A DNA stretch of 64,000 nucleotides, taken from an uncultured Clostridia bacterium (GTDB lineage Bacteria; CAYTYR01; UBA6262). The notes under the pieces are model-generated. The model ran no database searches. It was given only the letters and a program-made list of their open reading frames with translations, and was not told the origin of the DNA. Made by a program: the position numbers and the translations under genes. The DNA is taken from the NCBI GenBank assembly GCA_964441745.1, contig CAYTYR010000006.1:1-64000 (forward strand), in the 5' to 3' direction. Positions 19,507-32,489 of this stretch are shown here, piece by piece. Position 1 is the stretch's first letter; each line of letters starts with the position of its first letter.

Positions 19507-19872
19507 CTAAAATTTTAATCCTTTTTCTCTGGCGCTTTCGGCCAACGCTTTGACCCGGCCGTGATAAAGATTACCGCCCCGGTCAAAAACCACCTTGCTA
19601 ATCCCGGCAGCCAAAGCTTTTTCCGCGATCACGGTACCGATTACTTTGGCCGCAGCCACGGAACCAGCTTTCACTTTTTTATCCTTGAACTCAGGACCCA
19701 CCGTGCTGGCCGCTACCAGGGTCTTGCCCACAAGGTCATTAATGACCTGCGCATAAATATGTTTGGTACTTTTATATACGCATAATCTGGGCCGTTCTGC
19801 CGTTCCCTGGATCTTGCTGCGCACTCTCTCTTTGCGTAATTGTAATTTTACTTTATTCTTGGCTGTTTTCAT
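19507..19872 (-). CDS. rplR: 50S ribosomal protein L18
   Basis: RPRLCV, HIYAQ, VFDRGG..YHGRV. Confidence 0.98.
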   Translation of the reverse strand: MKTAKNKVKLQLRKERVRSKIQGTAERPRLCVYKSTKHIYAQVINDLVGKTLVAASTVGPEFKDKKVKAGSVAAAKVIGTVIAEKALAAGISKVVFDRGGNLYHGRVKALAESAREKGLKF

Positions 19873-20441
19873 TACTTCGCTCCTCCGCCTGATGCTGCCC
19901 CAGCCGCTACTCCGGTTTTACCGACTTTCTTGCGCACATACTCATTCAAGTAACGGATGCCAGTGCCTTTATATGGTTCAGGGATCCTTTGGGTCCTGAT
20001 CTTATTTGCGAATTCTCCTACTTTATACCGGTCAGATCCGCTGACTGCGATCTTGGTATTTTCTTCCACAATTACTTTTACGCCTTCCGGGATGTCCAAG
20101 ACGCAAGGGTGCGTATAACCAAGCTGTAAATTAAGTTTGGTCCCCTGGACCAGGGCTTTGAAACCGATACCCCGTATTTCCAGGTTCTTGGAAAAGGCTT
20201 TGGCCACGCCATTGACCAGGTTATTGACTAGCGCCCGGGTCAGGCCATAGACCGCTTTTTTGTCATTGGTCAGGTTTGCACAGAGCACGGAGATCGTTTC
20301 ACCTTCAAGCTTCACGCTCATCCAGCCGGGGATAGCATACTTTAAAGTTCCCAATGGACCGGTGGCTTCGACTTGCTGGCCGTTAACAGTGACCTTGACT
20401 CCTTTGGGAATAGTTATGATTTTTTTTCCTACTCTAGACAC
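19872..20441 (-). CDS. rplF: 50S ribosomal protein L6
   Basis: [19 protein letters not shown] start after GGAGG. Confidence 0.97.
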   Translation of the reverse strand: MSRVGKKIITIPKGVKVTVNGQQVEATGPLGTLKYAIPGWMSVKLEGETISVLCANLTNDKKAVYGLTRALVNNLVNGVAKAFSKNLEIRGIGFKALVQGTKLNLQLGYTHPCVLDIPEGVKVIVEENTKIAVSGSDRYKVGEFANKIRTQRIPEPYKGTGIRYLNEYVRKKVGKTGVAAGAASGGGAK

Positions 20442-20462
20442 TCGTTTCCTCCTCTTGAAAAA

Positions 20463-20594
20463 CAAATCCCAAATTCTAATTTCAAAATTCTAAACAAATT
20501 CAAATATTTAAGCTCTAAACAACACTTCTTTGGAACATTCTAATTTTGGTCATTCGATATTGTTTCGGATTTAGAAATTAGAGCTTAGTATTTG
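20463..20594. repeat. 7-nt TCTAAAT array plus inverted block
   Basis: caaatcccaaattctaatttcaaaattctaaacaaatt.. / ..tgtttcggatttagaaattagagcttagtatttg. Confidence 0.85.
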
Positions 20595-20596
20595 TA

Positions 20597-20995
20597 TTAC
20601 CAGACATAGCAGATCACTTCGCCGCCAATTTTTGCCTGGCGCGCTTCCTTGTCAGTCATCAGCCCCTTATTGGTGCTGACTACGGCCGTACCTAAACCCG
20701 CCAGAATACGCGGGAGTTCATCGGTGCCTTTGTACGCCCGACGGCCGGAACAGCTGACTTTCTTGATCCCGGTGATGACACTCTTTTTATCCGGCGTATA
20801 TTTCAAATATACCCGCAATATTCCCTGCTTGCGGTCCTCGATCACTTTGCAGTTGGCGATATAGCCCTCATTTTTTAAAACGCGGGCAATTTCCGCTTTG
20901 AGCTTGGACGCGGGAATATCTACTTTTTCTTTTTTGGTCTTACTCGCATTACTAATGCGGTTAATCATATCACTGATAGGATCAGTTATGGTCAT
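20597..20995 (-). CDS. rpsH: 30S ribosomal protein S8
   Basis: DPISDMINRI, STNKG, GGEVICYVW. Confidence 0.98.
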   Translation of the reverse strand: MTITDPISDMINRISNASKTKKEKVDIPASKLKAEIARVLKNEGYIANCKVIEDRKQGILRVYLKYTPDKKSVITGIKKVSCSGRRAYKGTDELPRILAGLGTAVVSTNKGLMTDKEARQAKIGGEVICYVW

Positions 20996-21018
20996 GCAAC
21001 ATTCTCCTTTAAATTAAT

Positions 21019-21204
21019 TTACCAGCTGGACTTGGTTACGCCGACGATCTCGCCCTGATGGGCCAATTTCCGGAAACAGAGGCGGCACATGTTAAATTTG
21101 CGGAGCATACCACGCGACCGGCCGCACAGCGGACAGCGGTTGTATTTCCTGGTGCTGAATTTTGGCTCCTGTGTTGCCTTAATCCGTAAACATTTTTTAG
21201 CCAT
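21019..21204 (-). CDS. rpsZ: 30S ribosomal protein S14 type Z
   Basis: 61 aa, RCPLCGR..CRLCFR..KSSW. Confidence 0.96.
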   Translation of the reverse strand: MAKKCLRIKATQEPKFSTRKYNRCPLCGRSRGMLRKFNMCRLCFRKLAHQGEIVGVTKSSW

Positions 21205-21220
21205 GCAAAATTCCCCTTCT

Positions 21221-21763
21221 CTATTTTTCTCTAAAAGGCATACCGAACAACACCAGCAGTTTTTCTGCTTGTGCATTATTTTTAGCTGAGGTCACTACTG
21301 TTATATCCATACCTCTGATTTTGTCAATCTTTTCATAATCGATCTCAGAGAAAATTGTCTGGTCTTTCAGGCCTAAGGTATAATTGCCCCGGCCGTCAAA
21401 ACTATTCCTGGGAATACCGCGGAAGTCCCTGATTCTGGGCAAGGCCACATTGATCAGGCGGTCCATGAATTCATACATGATATTACCGCGCAAAGTCACC
21501 TTGCAGCCGATGGGCATCCCTTCCCTGATCTTGAAGTTGGAAATAGATTTTTTAGCCCTGGTCACTACCGGACGCTGGCCGGTAATAGAGGACAGCTGTT
21601 TCACGGCGATATCTATCACTTTGATATTTTCTTTGGCATCACTTAGTCCCATATTGATCACAACTTTGGACAGCCTGGGTACTTCCAGCGCATTTTTATA
21701 ACCAAATTCACTTTTCAGCGCCGGCACTATTTCTTTAGTATAAAAGTCCTTTAATCTGGGCAT
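21221..21763 (-). CDS. rplE: 50S ribosomal protein L5
   Basis: [21 protein letters not shown]. Confidence 0.98.
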   Translation of the reverse strand: MPRLKDFYTKEIVPALKSEFGYKNALEVPRLSKVVINMGLSDAKENIKVIDIAVKQLSSITGQRPVVTRAKKSISNFKIREGMPIGCKVTLRGNIMYEFMDRLINVALPRIRDFRGIPRNSFDGRGNYTLGLKDQTIFSEIDYEKIDKIRGMDITVVTSAKNNAQAEKLLVLFGMPFREK

Positions 21764-21782
21764 TACTTCTTCTCCTCGTAGT

Positions 21783-22097
21783 TTAAACTAGAATTTCTCC
21801 GCATTTTTTGCACATACGCACTTTTTTACCGTCGGCCAGGGTGTCAATCTTGATCCTGGTGGGTGTATTACACTTGGTGCATAAGAGCATTACTTTGCTG
21901 ATATTAAGCGCAGCTTCCTGCTGAATGATCCCGCCACCGCCTGTTTGCGGATTGGGCCGGGAGTGCTTTTTCACAAAGTTTACCTTGGAAACGATCACCT
22001 GGTTCTTTTCCGGGATCAATTTCAACACTTCGCCTTTTTTCCCTTTATCCTTGCCGCTCAGCACGATCACTTTATCTTTTTTCTTCAAATGCAACAT
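21783..22097 (-). CDS. rplX: 50S ribosomal protein L24
   Basis: KOW motif [13 protein letters not shown]. Confidence 0.97.
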   Translation of the reverse strand: MLHLKKKDKVIVLSGKDKGKKGEVLKLIPEKNQVIVSKVNFVKKHSRPNPQTGGGGIIQQEAALNISKVMLLCTKCNTPTRIKIDTLADGKKVRMCKKCGEILV

Positions 22098-22128
22098 GTA
22101 TATCGCTCCTGTTTTATTCTCTGTTTTT

Positions 22129-22175
22129 CTATACGCTTGGTTTTCCTATACGCTATACGCTAAACGCTATACGCC
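22129..22175. repeat. 7-nt CGCTATA array
   Basis: ctatacgctatacgctaaacgctatacgc; reverse complement of the TATAGCG family. Confidence 0.8.
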
Positions 22176-22180
22176 GATTT

Positions 22181-22549
22181 TTAAAGTACTTCCGGCGCTA
22201 AGGAAATGATCTTCATAAAATTCTTCTCGCGCAATTCCCTGGCTACCGGTCCGAAAATACGGGTACCCCTGGGTTCGTTATTATCATCAATGATTACCGC
22301 GCTATTTTCATCAAAACGGATATAAGTACCGTCTTCGCGGCGCAGCGGGCGCACTGTACGGACAATCACCGCTTTGACTACATCGCCCTTTTTGACCGGG
22401 GCTTGCGGGATAGCTGATTTCACTGCCGCGACAATAATATCGCCGACGCTGGCATACTTGCGCCGGGATCCGCCCAGGCATCTGATGCACATGATGGTCT
22501 TGGCTCCGGAATTATCTGCGACTATTAACATGCTTTGTACTTGGATCAT
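22181..22549 (-). CDS. rplN: 50S ribosomal protein L14
   Basis: [28 protein letters not shown]. Confidence 0.98.
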   Translation of the reverse strand: MIQVQSMLIVADNSGAKTIMCIRCLGGSRRKYASVGDIIVAAVKSAIPQAPVKKGDVVKAVIVRTVRPLRREDGTYIRFDENSAVIIDDNNEPRGTRIFGPVARELREKNFMKIISLAPEVL

Positions 22550-22551
22550 AA

Positions 22552-22806
22552 TTATTTCGCCCTTTCTACGATTTCCACTAATTGCCAGCGTTTGGTCTTG
22601 CTTAATGGCCTGAATTCAACGATCTTGACGGTATCGCCGACTTTGGACTCATTTTTTTCATCGTGGACTTTGAATGAGGTAGTTTTCTTGATCAGCTTGC
22701 CATAGAGCTTATGCGCTACTTTGCGCTCGGTCGTGACCACTCTGGTCTTATTCATTTTGTCACTGACTACTTTGGCGATCTTAGTACGTTTATTGGTTTT
22801 AGCCAC
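22552..22806 (-). CDS. rpsQ: 30S ribosomal protein S17
   Basis: [21 protein letters not shown]. Confidence 0.97.
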   Translation of the reverse strand: MAKTNKRTKIAKVVSDKMNKTRVVTTERKVAHKLYGKLIKKTTSFKVHDEKNESKVGDTVKIVEFRPLSKTKRWQLVEIVERAK

Positions 22807-23016
22807 TTATTTCTTCCTCCGTTCATTCATCAGCGTCTGGATCCGCGCGATATCTTTGCGGATGACCCCGAAACGCATGGGATTAGCCACTTTCTGATGA
22901 GTCACCTGCTGGATCTTCAACTGGAACATTTCATCTTTCAAGGAAAGATATTTACTCTGCAGTTCGTTATCAGTCAGGTTTCTTAAGTCTTTAGGAACAG
23001 TTTTGTTTTTAGCCAT
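22807..23016 (-). CDS. rpmC: 50S ribosomal protein L29
   Basis: DLRNLT..EL, IRKDIARIQT; position. Confidence 0.93.
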   Translation of the reverse strand: MAKNKTVPKDLRNLTDNELQSKYLSLKDEMFQLKIQQVTHQKVANPMRFGVIRKDIARIQTLMNERRKK

Positions 23017-23035
23017 TCTAATCCTCACCTTGAGT

Positions 23036-23446
23036 TTAATCGATCCGGCTCACAAATCTTGTTTTAACGCTTAGTTTTCCGCCAACCAGTTTCATGGCTT
23101 CTTTGGCTTGGGCTGCGGTTAACCCCTGCACTTCATACATGACCCGACCGGGCTTGATTACTACCGCCCAATGATCCGGGTCTCCCTTGCCTTTTCCCAT
23201 TCTGGTTTCAGCTGGTTTTCTGGTTATCGGTTTGTCCGGAAAAATACGCACCCAGACCTTGCCGCCTTTTTTGATAAAACGCATCAAAGCGACACGCGCC
23301 GCCTCTATCTGGCGGTCACTCACTTCTCCGCATTCAGTGGCCATTAATCCATATTCACCAAAGGACACTTTATTGCCGCGAGTAGCTTTACCGCGCATGC
23401 GCCCGTGTTGTGTTTTACGATACTTGACTCTCTTGGGCATTAGCAT
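23036..23446 (-). CDS. rplP: 50S ribosomal protein L16
   Basis: [18 protein letters not shown]. Confidence 0.98.
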   Translation of the reverse strand: MLMPKRVKYRKTQHGRMRGKATRGNKVSFGEYGLMATECGEVSDRQIEAARVALMRFIKKGGKVWVRIFPDKPITRKPAETRMGKGKGDPDHWAVVIKPGRVMYEVQGLTAAQAKEAMKLVGGKLSVKTRFVSRID

Positions 23447-24158
23447 TTTGAGCTCCTGTTTCAGTAGTAGTAGTATTTGTTTCTGTGTTTTCCTTAACTT
23501 CTTTCACTTCTTTTTTGGGAGGCCTTTTAATTTCTTTCATGATCTCTTTCTTGAAGACCCAGACCTTGATACCGATCTGCCCGTAGGTAGTAAAAGCTTC
23601 GGCAAAACCGTAGTCAATATCAGCCCGCAGTGTGTGCAGCGGAATGCGTCCTTCTTTCATCCATTCCCGGCGGGCGATTTCCGCGCCGCCTAAACGGCCG
23701 CTAATCGCTACTTTGATCCCCAGGGCGCCGCCCTGTATGGCGCTATTGATGGCTTTTTTCATCGCTCTGCGGAAAGAGATCTGCTTCTCAAGCTGAAAAG
23801 AGATATTGTCGGCGACCAATTGCGCATCTGTTTCCGGACTTTTGACTTCAATAATATTGATATAGACCTGCTTATCAGTAAGGGCCTGCAGTTCAGACTT
23901 GACAGTCTCAATGCCCTGGCCTCTTTCACCGATGACCCGTCCCGGACGGGCGGTGCTGATCTCAATACGGACAAATTTTCCGGTACGCTCGATCCTGATC
24001 CGGGAGACTCCGGCCAGTTTTAATTTTTTCTTCATGAAGGCCCTGATCTTGATGTCTTCATGCAGCTGGCTGGCATAGTCCCTGGTGCTAAACCACTTAG
24101 AATCCCAGTCTTTGTTGATTCCTAATCTTAATCCTATCGGGTGAACTTTCTGCCCCAC
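23415..24158 (-). CDS. rpsC: 30S ribosomal protein S3
   Basis: [36 protein letters not shown] start. Confidence 0.97.
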   Translation of the reverse strand: MGQKVHPIGLRLGINKDWDSKWFSTRDYASQLHEDIKIRAFMKKKLKLAGVSRIRIERTGKFVRIEISTARPGRVIGERGQGIETVKSELQALTDKQVYINIIEVKSPETDAQLVADNISFQLEKQISFRRAMKKAINSAIQGGALGIKVAISGRLGGAEIARREWMKEGRIPLHTLRADIDYGFAEAFTTYGQIGIKVWVFKKEIMKEIKRPPKKEVKEVKENTETNTTTTETGAQNANAQESQVS

Positions 24159-24185
24159 TCCGAACCTCCCTCTCGAAAACAATTA

Positions 24186-24212
24186 CTAAATTCGAATTTC
24201 TAAATCCTAAAC
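24186..24212. repeat. 7-nt TCTAAAT array
   Basis: ctaaattcgaatttctaaatcctaaac. Confidence 0.8.
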
Positions 24213-24213
24213 C

Positions 24214-24537
24214 CTATTGTTCAGCTACGACGATGGTGATATGGGACGTCCGCTTTCTGATGGTTGCCCCTCTACCCATGGCCATGGCCCGCATTCTTTT
24301 CATGGTCGGGCCTGCACCGACATACGCATCTTTCACGGTTAATTTTTGTATATTTTTCTGTTTCGAGTTTGCTATCGCCGACTTCAATACCTTGGTGACG
24401 ATCTTACCTGCTCCCTTGGTAGAGAACTTCAGCATGATCAGCGCTTCCGCCACATTTTTTCCCCTGATCATATCCGTCATTTGGGACGCTTTCCGGGGAG
24501 ATACACGTACAAAATTAGCTATCGCTTTAGCTTCCAT
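24214..24537 (-). CDS. rplV: 50S ribosomal protein L22
   Basis: RVSPRK, SAIAN, KRTSHITIVV. Confidence 0.98.
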   Translation of the reverse strand: MEAKAIANFVRVSPRKASQMTDMIRGKNVAEALIMLKFSTKGAGKIVTKVLKSAIANSKQKNIQKLTVKDAYVGAGPTMKRMRAMAMGRGATIRKRTSHITIVVAEQ

Positions 24538-24590
24538 TATTGCCTGTGCTCCTTTTCATTAATTCTTCTTTAGATATACTCTCACTCAGG

Positions 24591-24878
24591 TCAGGTCTTT
24601 TCCGCTGTTTCCTTAGTATGCGCCGCGCCGTGACCCTTGAAGTGCCTGGTCAGGGAGAACTCACCTAATTTGTGCCCGACCATGTTTTCGGTAACAAACA
24701 CGGGAATAAATTTCCGGCCATTATGAACAGTCAGGGTATGGCCGACAAATTCCGGGGTGATAGTTGAACGACGGGACCAGGTTTTGATCACTTCTTTCTT
24801 CTTGGCCCGGTTCATGGCGTCAATTTTTTTCATTAGTTTTTCATCTACAAATGGTCCCTTGTACGATGACCTGGACAT
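24591..24878 (-). CDS. rpsS: 30S ribosomal protein S19
   Basis: [18 protein letters not shown]. Confidence 0.98.
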   Translation of the reverse strand: MSRSSYKGPFVDEKLMKKIDAMNRAKKKEVIKTWSRRSTITPEFVGHTLTVHNGRKFIPVFVTENMVGHKLGEFSLTRHFKGHGAAHTKETAEKT

Positions 24879-24896
24879 CAATTCCTCCCTAAATTC

Positions 24897-24992
24897 GCAT
24901 ATAGCGTATTGCTTATAGCATATGGCAAAAACAAATCTCTTTCTTGTTCTGGTCAGCTTTTGCTATTAGCCATACGCCAATAGCCATAAGCG
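24897..24992. repeat. 7-nt TATAGCG array plus inverted block
   Basis: gcatatagcgtattgcttatagcatatggc / gctattagccatacgccaatagccataagc. Confidence 0.8.
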
Positions 24993-25002
24993 TTTTTAAT
25001 TA

Positions 25003-25842
25003 TTACATGCCTCTCGGCCCTTTGGGCCGGTGGTTCATGATAAATTGCTCGCTGGCTTTTCTTCTTCTGGTCTTACCGCCCTTGGCTAACTGTCCCCAAG
25101 GCGATCTCGGATGATTGGCGCCCTTGCTCTTACCACGGCCGCCGCCATGCGGATGGTCAACGGTATTCATCGCGGTACCGCGGACAGTAGGCCTGATGCC
25201 CATCCATCTGCTGCGGCCAGCTTTGCCGATAACCATATTCTTATATTCAATATTACCAACCTGCCCGATCGTGGCCAGGCAATTAATACTGACTACTCTC
25301 ATTTCACCGGAGGCTAATTTCAGCTGGGCATGGCTGCCTTCTTTGGCTAATAACTGGGCAAAGCTGCCGGCGCTGCGCACCATTTTCGCCCCTTTGCCTG
25401 GTTCCAGTTCGATATTATGAATGATCGTGCCATCAGGAATATTTTTCAGGAAAAGCGCATTACCTACTTTCACATCAGCCTGGTCCCCGCTGGATACCAC
25501 ATCGCCTACCTGCAAGCCTTCCGGCATGACGATATATCTCTTTTCACCATCTTTATATTGCAGTAAGGCGATCCGGGCATTGCGGTTAGGATCATATTCC
25601 ACCGCGACTACGGTCGCCGGAATATTATATTTTTCCCGGTAAAAATCTACCAGCCGGTACATTCTTTTGTGGCCGCTGCCTTTGTGCCGGACGGTCAGGG
25701 TCCCTGAATTATTTCTTCCGCCGGAAGAATTCAAGCTCGTAATCAAAGACCTTTCCGGACGGTGTTTGGTAATATCTTTATTATCGATAGTTGTAATAAA
25801 ACGACGCGATGCAGTAGTTGGTTTATAAGTTTTAATGCCCAT
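25003..25842 (-). CDS. rplB: 50S ribosomal protein L2
   Basis: [27 protein letters not shown]. Confidence 0.98.
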   Translation of the reverse strand: MGIKTYKPTTASRRFITTIDNKDITKHRPERSLITSLNSSGGRNNSGTLTVRHKGSGHKRMYRLVDFYREKYNIPATVVAVEYDPNRNARIALLQYKDGEKRYIVMPEGLQVGDVVSSGDQADVKVGNALFLKNIPDGTIIHNIELEPGKGAKMVRSAGSFAQLLAKEGSHAQLKLASGEMRVVSINCLATIGQVGNIEYKNMVIGKAGRSRWMGIRPTVRGTAMNTVDHPHGGGRGKSKGANHPRSPWGQLAKGGKTRRRKASEQFIMNHRPKGPRGM

Positions 25843-25847
25843 TGCTC

Positions 25848-26138
25848 TTATGCCCCTTCAAAGAATTTAATTGTTTCGCCGGCTTTGACGGAAACAAAAG
25901 CCTTTTTCCAATCAGATCTCTTGCCCATAAACATGCCCATACGGCGGACTTTACCGCCTATTCTCATGGTATTAACTCTGGTCACTTTGACCTTAAACAT
26001 CTTCTCTACGGCTTTCTTGATATCTTCTTTAGTGGCATCAATGTTCACTTTCAAGACATACTTGTTCTCTTTTTCTTTTAACAAGGTATTCTTTTCAGTA
26101 TTAAGAGGCCCAATGATTACTTGGCTTAAATCTTTCAT
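25848..26138 (-). CDS. rplW: 50S ribosomal protein L23
   Basis: [22 protein letters not shown]. Confidence 0.96.
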   Translation of the reverse strand: MKDLSQVIIGPLNTEKNTLLKEKENKYVLKVNIDATKEDIKKAVEKMFKVKVTRVNTMRIGGKVRRMGMFMGKRSDWKKAFVSVKAGETIKFFEGA

Positions 26139-26140
26139 CG

Positions 26141-26770
26141 TTATTTCTCCTTGATCCTTGCTTCTAGGACAGCTAAGGCTTCTTTGGTAATTATCAGATG
26201 TTTGCACTGTATGATCTCATAAACATTCAACTTGGCGGCAGTAGCCAGTTCCAGGGACTGGATATTCCGGGAAGCCCGGGCCAGGTCAGTGGTGACTTTC
26301 TCTACTACCAGCAACGTGAGTCCCTGCACTTTCAGTTTCTTGAGCAGTTGACATACATTCTTTGTTTTCGGTTGGGCTAATTCCAGCTTATCCAAGATAA
26401 TGATGCCATTATCCTTGGCTTTGGAAGAAAGAGCCGAGATCAAGGCTGCCTGTCTTTTCTTCGCCGGAACATCATATTTATAACTGCGGGGAAGCGGCCC
26501 GAAAATGATACCGCCATGACGCCATAATGGTGACCGGGTACTGCCAGCCCGCGCCCGGCCAGTATGTTTCTGCTTATAGGGTTTGATGCCGCCGCCGGAT
26601 ACATTTCCGCGGGTCTTGGTAGAGGCTGTACCCAAGCGCTGGTTTGCTAATTGCATCGTAATGACTTCATGCAAAACCGTGGCATTTATTTTTTGGTCAA
26701 ATAATTTGGATGATAAAGCAACTGTCCCTGTTTTCTCACCCTTAAAATTAAATACATCTACTTCAGACAT
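26141..26770 (-). CDS. rplD: 50S ribosomal protein L4
   Basis: TKTRGNVSGGG.KP.KQK.TGRAR.GS. Confidence 0.98.
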   Translation of the reverse strand: MSEVDVFNFKGEKTGTVALSSKLFDQKINATVLHEVITMQLANQRLGTASTKTRGNVSGGGIKPYKQKHTGRARAGSTRSPLWRHGGIIFGPLPRSYKYDVPAKKRQAALISALSSKAKDNGIIILDKLELAQPKTKNVCQLLKKLKVQGLTLLVVEKVTTDLARASRNIQSLELATAAKLNVYEIIQCKHLIITKEALAVLEARIKEK

Positions 26771-26834
26771 ACCGTTATCTCCTTTAGAAATACTGATTAC
26801 GCATCCGCCTGAGGCGGACAGGGATTCAAAATAT

Positions 26835-27545
26835 TTAGACTAGTTTCTTCTTCGATGGTTTTTTCACTAATTTTTGATCGGCGCTCTTAGCTTTGACCAC
26901 TGCTTTTTTGTGTTTCAAAGCTTTGGTGGTCTTTTTGATCATGACTAAACCTTTATTATTACCAGGGATAGCCCCTTTGATCAACATGATATTATTAGCC
27001 GGATCAATATCCACGATCTCCAATTTAATCGTTGTTCTTTGCACATTACCCATTTGTCCGGGCAAACCTAACCCTTTTAACACTCGTGAAGGGTAACTTG
27101 ACGCGCCGATCGAACCTGGCTTGCGGTGAAACATGGAACCGTGCGATGAACGCCCGCCGGTATAACCGCATCTTTTGATCACGCCGGCATAGCCCTTTCC
27201 TTTGCTGATACCGGTGACATCCACATAATCGCCCACCTGGAAAATATCCAGTTTGATCTCCTGGCCGACATTATAGGTATCTACTGCCTCAGTCTTGAAT
27301 TCTTTGATTATTTCCACTGGTTTCTGATTAGCCTTGGCATAAAAGCCTTTACGGCATTTATTCAGGTTTTTCTCTTTTTTTTGCCCGAAACCGAGCTGGA
27401 TAGCATTATAGGCATCCTTGGCCATCATTTTCTTGCCTAATACTATGCACGGACCGGCTTGTACCACGGTCACCGGAACAATTGCTCCCTGGCCATCAAA
27501 CACCTGGGTCATACCAATTTTTCTGCCGAGTAATCCTTCCAACAT
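26835..27545 (-). CDS. rplC: 50S ribosomal protein L3
   Basis: GRKIGMTQVF, DVTGISKGKG, PGSIG. Confidence 0.98.
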   Translation of the reverse strand: MLEGLLGRKIGMTQVFDGQGAIVPVTVVQAGPCIVLGKKMMAKDAYNAIQLGFGQKKEKNLNKCRKGFYAKANQKPVEIIKEFKTEAVDTYNVGQEIKLDIFQVGDYVDVTGISKGKGYAGVIKRCGYTGGRSSHGSMFHRKPGSIGASSYPSRVLKGLGLPGQMGNVQRTTIKLEIVDIDPANNIMLIKGAIPGNNKGLVMIKKTTKALKHKKAVVKAKSADQKLVKKPSKKKLV

Positions 27546-27555
27546 TTAAAGCTCC

Positions 27556-27864
27556 CTATGATTTTATTTCTACATCCACACCCGCCGGCAGGTTGATTTT
27601 CATCAAAGCATCTACCGTGTTAGGGGTGGGACTGATAATATCGATCATCCTTTTGTGAATCCTCATCTCGAATTGTTCACGAGATTTTTTATCGGTATGG
27701 GGAGAACGCAGTACGGTGTATTTGCTGATCTTGGTCGGCAAAGGTATCGGTCCGATAATCTTAGCCCCAGTCCGCCTGACCGTTTCTACGATTTCCTGTA
27801 ACGACTGGTCCAATATTTTGTGATCGTACGCTTTTAACCTGATACGTATTTTTTCTGCTGACAT
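27556..27864 (-). CDS. rpsJ: 30S ribosomal protein S10
   Basis: [23 protein letters not shown]. Confidence 0.98.
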   Translation of the reverse strand: MSAEKIRIRLKAYDHKILDQSLQEIVETVRRTGAKIIGPIPLPTKISKYTVLRSPHTDKKSREQFEMRIHKRMIDIISPTPNTVDALMKINLPAGVDVEIKS

Positions 27865-27887
27865 TTTTTTCTCCCCAATTTTAAGTA

Positions 27888-27995
27888 CAATTCTGAATTA
27901 CAAATTCTATCGCTTCGCTTATTCTAAATTAAGGTCTTACTACCAATATTTGGCATAAGTTCCGCAGGAACGATGTAATTTAGAATTTAGCATTT
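27888..27995. repeat. 7-nt array with inverted block and two GNA-loop inserts
   Basis: atcgcttcgcttat (27909-22) and gcataagttccgcaggaacgat (27953-74, identical to 45297-45318). Confidence 0.8.
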
Positions 27996-28002
27996 ACTTC
28001 TT

Positions 28003-29202
<1,200 letters not shown>

Positions 29203-29238
29203 ACAAGTGCCTCCCTGTCCGCCTGCGGCGGATTGTTA

Positions 29239-31314
29239 TTATCCTTTGACTCTCTCAATTATCTCTTGCGATATACTTGCAGGAACCTGCTCATAGTGGG
29301 ATGGAGCCATATTGTAATTGGCGCGTCCCTGGGTTAATGACCTCATGGATGTAGCATAACCGAACATGGTGGCCAGAGGCACATGAGCAGTCACTGCCTG
29401 TACCCCACCTTGAGGTTCCATATGTTCTATTCTTGCCCGTCTTGAACTCAGATCCCCTAGAATTTCTCCCATATATTCTTCCGGCACATAGACCTGCACA
29501 CCCATGATCGGTTCCAGCAACACGGGATGCGCTTTTTTCATACCTTCATGCAAAGCCATACTGCCGGCAATTTTAAAGGCCATTTCATTAGAGTCTACAT
29601 CGTGATAGGAGCCATCGGTCAGGGTAACTTTCACATCCACTACCGGATAACCGGCCACGACTCCGCTTTCGAGAGCTTCCTTAATACCTTTATCTACTGC
29701 CGGGATAAATTCACGCGGAATAGATCCACCGACAACCTTATTGATGAACTGGTAGCCGCCAGCCGGTCCGCTGGGCTCGATCTCGATCACTACATGCCCG
29801 TATTGTCCACGGCCACCGCTTTGCTTAATGAACTTGGCTTCCTGCTTGACTTTTTTAGTAATGGTTTCACGATATGCTACCTGGGGCTTGCCGACATTCG
29901 CTTCTACATTGAATTCGCGCTTCATGCGGTCAACGATAATCTCCAGGTGCAATTCGCCCATACCGTAAATAACGGTCTGGTTGGTCTCTTCATCAGTCTT
30001 GACCCGGAAGGTCGGATCCTCTTCTGACAACCGATTGAGGGCAATGCCCATTTTTTCTTCATCTGCTTTGGTTTTCGGCTCGATCGCGAGATTAATGACC
30101 GGTTCAGGGAAATGCATCGACTCTAATACTATCGGATGATCTTCCATGGTCAGGGTATCGCCGGTGAAAGTTGATTTCAATCCTACGGCTGCGGCAATAT
30201 CTCCGGCATATACTTCGTCCACATCTTCCCTCTTGTTGGCATGCAGGTACAGGATGCGGCTGACTCTCTCCCGGGTATCCTTATTGACATTATAGACATA
30301 TGAACCAGTGGATAATTTACCGGAATACACCCGGAAATAGGTCAGTTTGCCGACATAAGGATCAGTCATCATTTTAAAAGCTAAGGCGCTAAAGGGAGCA
30401 TTCTCACTGGTTTCCCTGACTTCTTCTTTATTAGTCTCAGGATTTTTTCCTGTAACCGGCGGCACATCCAGCGGCGACGGTAAATAGTCGACAATAGCAT
30501 CCAGCAACGGCTGTACTCCTTTATTCTTGAACGCCGTACCGCACAACACTGGCATTATTTTCAGGGAAATGGTAGCTTTTCTGACTCCCTGGATCAATTC
30601 TTCGGTTGGTATTTTTTCATTGTTGAGATATTTTTCCAGGATCCGCTCATCAGCATCAGCCACTGCTTCTACCAGGCGATGATAATATTTATGTATCTGG
30701 GACTCCACATCCGGAGTAATATCCCGCTCTGTAAATTCAGTGGAATTCTCATCTTCCCAGAGATATTCTTTGAGACGGACCAGATCGACAACCCCTTTAA
30801 AACTACTTTCGCTGCCAACTGGATACATAATAGGAACAGCATTGGTTTTCAGGCGTTTTTTCATCTGGCTGACGACATGAGAGAAATTAGCCCCGGTCCG
30901 GTCCATTTTATTGATGAAAACAATACGCGGTACTTTGTAACGGTCTGCCTGGTGCCAGACTGTCTCTGATTGGGGTTGAACACCGCCAACCGCGCAAAAT
31001 ACTACTACCGCGCCGTCCAGGACGCGCAAGGAACGCTCTACTTCCGCGGTAAAATCGACGTGGCCAGGAGTATCAATGATATTAATGCGGTTATTGCGCC
31101 AAAAACAGGTAGTGGCCGCGCTGGTAATGGTGATGCCTCTCTCCTGCTCCTGCTCCATCCAGTCCATCACCGCCGTACCATCATGGACTTCACCCATTTT
31201 ATGGGTTTTCCCGGTATAAAACAGCAACCGTTCGGTAGTAGTCGTTTTACCGGCGTCAATGTGGGCAATAACTCCTATATTTCGTGTTCTCTCTAACGGA
31301 TATTCTCTTCCCAT
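29239..31314 (-). CDS. fusA: Elongation factor G
   Basis: [25 protein letters not shown]. Confidence 0.99.
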   Translation of the reverse strand: MGREYPLERTRNIGVIAHIDAGKTTTTERLLFYTGKTHKMGEVHDGTAVMDWMEQEQERGITITSAATTCFWRNNRINIIDTPGHVDFTAEVERSLRVLDGAVVVFCAVGGVQPQSETVWHQADRYKVPRIVFINKMDRTGANFSHVVSQMKKRLKTNAVPIMYPVGSESSFKGVVDLVRLKEYLWEDENSTEFTERDITPDVESQIHKYYHRLVEAVADADERILEKYLNNEKIPTEELIQGVRKATISLKIMPVLCGTAFKNKGVQPLLDAIVDYLPSPLDVPPVTGKNPETNKEEVRETSENAPFSALAFKMMTDPYVGKLTYFRVYSGKLSTGSYVYNVNKDTRERVSRILYLHANKREDVDEVYAGDIAAAVGLKSTFTGDTLTMEDHPIVLESMHFPEPVINLAIEPKTKADEEKMGIALNRLSEEDPTFRVKTDEETNQTVIYGMGELHLEIIVDRMKREFNVEANVGKPQVAYRETITKKVKQEAKFIKQSGGRGQYGHVVIEIEPSGPAGGYQFINKVVGGSIPREFIPAVDKGIKEALESGVVAGYPVVDVKVTLTDGSYHDVDSNEMAFKIAGSMALHEGMKKAHPVLLEPIMGVQVYVPEEYMGEILGDLSSRRARIEHMEPQGGVQAVTAHVPLATMFGYATSMRSLTQGRANYNMAPSHYEQVPASISQEIIERVKG

Positions 31315-31370
31315 GTAAGTTCTTAATTCCCTCTCTGTTCTTTATTCTATTTCAAATCTCAAATTTCAGA

Positions 31371-31841
31371 TTACCATCTATAATGAGCAAAAGCTTTGTT
31401 GGCTTCGGCCATTTTATGAGTATCTTCTCTTTTTTTGATCGCGCTGCCTTCATTCTTGGCGGCTTCGATGATCTCGCTGGCTAATCTTTCGACCATGCTC
31501 CTGCCGGAACGTCCCCGGGCAAATTCAATGAGCCATTTGATCGCAATGGAAATGCCACGGTCAGGCCTTACTTCTACCGGCACCTGATAGGTGGCGCCGC
31601 CAACCCGGCGGGATTTGACTTCTAACAGCGGCCGGACATTTTCCAGCGCGCGGTTAAATACACCCATCGGATCTTCTTTGGTTTTTTCCTTAACAAAGTC
31701 CAAGGTGTCGTAGAGGATATTCCTGGCTACGCTCCTTTTGCCTGCGTACATCATCTTGTTGATAAACATGGTGATCCGTTTATCACCTAATTTCAAGTCA
31801 GGCATTACTTCTCTTTTAGATGCTCTTTTTTTCCTGGACAT
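31371..31841 (-). CDS. rpsG: 30S ribosomal protein S7
   Basis: [24 protein letters not shown]. Confidence 0.99.
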   Translation of the reverse strand: MSRKKRASKREVMPDLKLGDKRITMFINKMMYAGKRSVARNILYDTLDFVKEKTKEDPMGVFNRALENVRPLLEVKSRRVGGATYQVPVEVRPDRGISIAIKWLIEFARGRSGRSMVERLASEIIEAAKNEGSAIKKREDTHKMAEANKAFAHYRW

Positions 31842-31856
31842 TTTTACTCCTTATTT

Positions 31857-31935
31857 CAGCGTACAGCGTACAGTTAATAGCCGGCAATCCTGCCGCTGCC
31901 TGCCCGCCAATGCTTTAGTGGCGGGACCGCTGACA
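31857..31935. repeat. 7-nt CAGCGTA array with CCTG-CCCGCCA..TGGCGGG insert
   Basis: cagcgtacagcgtacag; insert at 31899-31925. Confidence 0.65.
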
Positions 31936-31946
31936 CTGTTTTATAC

Positions 31947-32324
31947 TTAGGCTGCTTTCGGTCTTTTAGCTCCATATTTAGAGCGTCCTTGTTTCCGGTC
32001 CGTGACGCCGGCTGTATCCAGCGTACCACGGATAATATGATAACGCACGCCAGGCAAGTCTTTCACGCGGCCGCCGCGAATCATCACAATTGAGTGTTCC
32101 TGCAGGTTATGGCCGATGCCGGGAATATAAGCAGAGACTTCCATACCATTGGATAATTTTACCCTGGCTACTTTACGCAGAGCAGAGTTCGGTTTTTTGG
32201 GTGTGGTGGTATAAACTCGTACGCACACGCCGCGTTTCTGCGGCGCCATTCCTAAAGCCGGTGTTTTCCCTTTTCTTTTTAGTTTTTCTCTGCCTTTTCT
32301 GATCAACTGATTAATTGTTGGCAT
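31947..32324 (-). CDS. rpsL: 30S ribosomal protein S12
   Basis: [22 protein letters not shown]. Confidence 0.99.
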   Translation of the reverse strand: MPTINQLIRKGREKLKRKGKTPALGMAPQKRGVCVRVYTTTPKKPNSALRKVARVKLSNGMEVSAYIPGIGHNLQEHSIVMIRGGRVKDLPGVRYHIIRGTLDTAGVTDRKQGRSKYGAKRPKAA

Positions 32325-32489
32325 ACACTCCCCTGTTCAATTTTTGCGCTGCAAAAATTAGAGCAATCGAGATTAGAAATTAGAAAATTGATTGCGGTCT
32401 AATCTCTATTTTCTACTTTCATCTTCTTGCAAAAAATCCCTAATTACTCTTTATATTTTTTCAAGCTACTTCCTAATTAATACCGGCCA

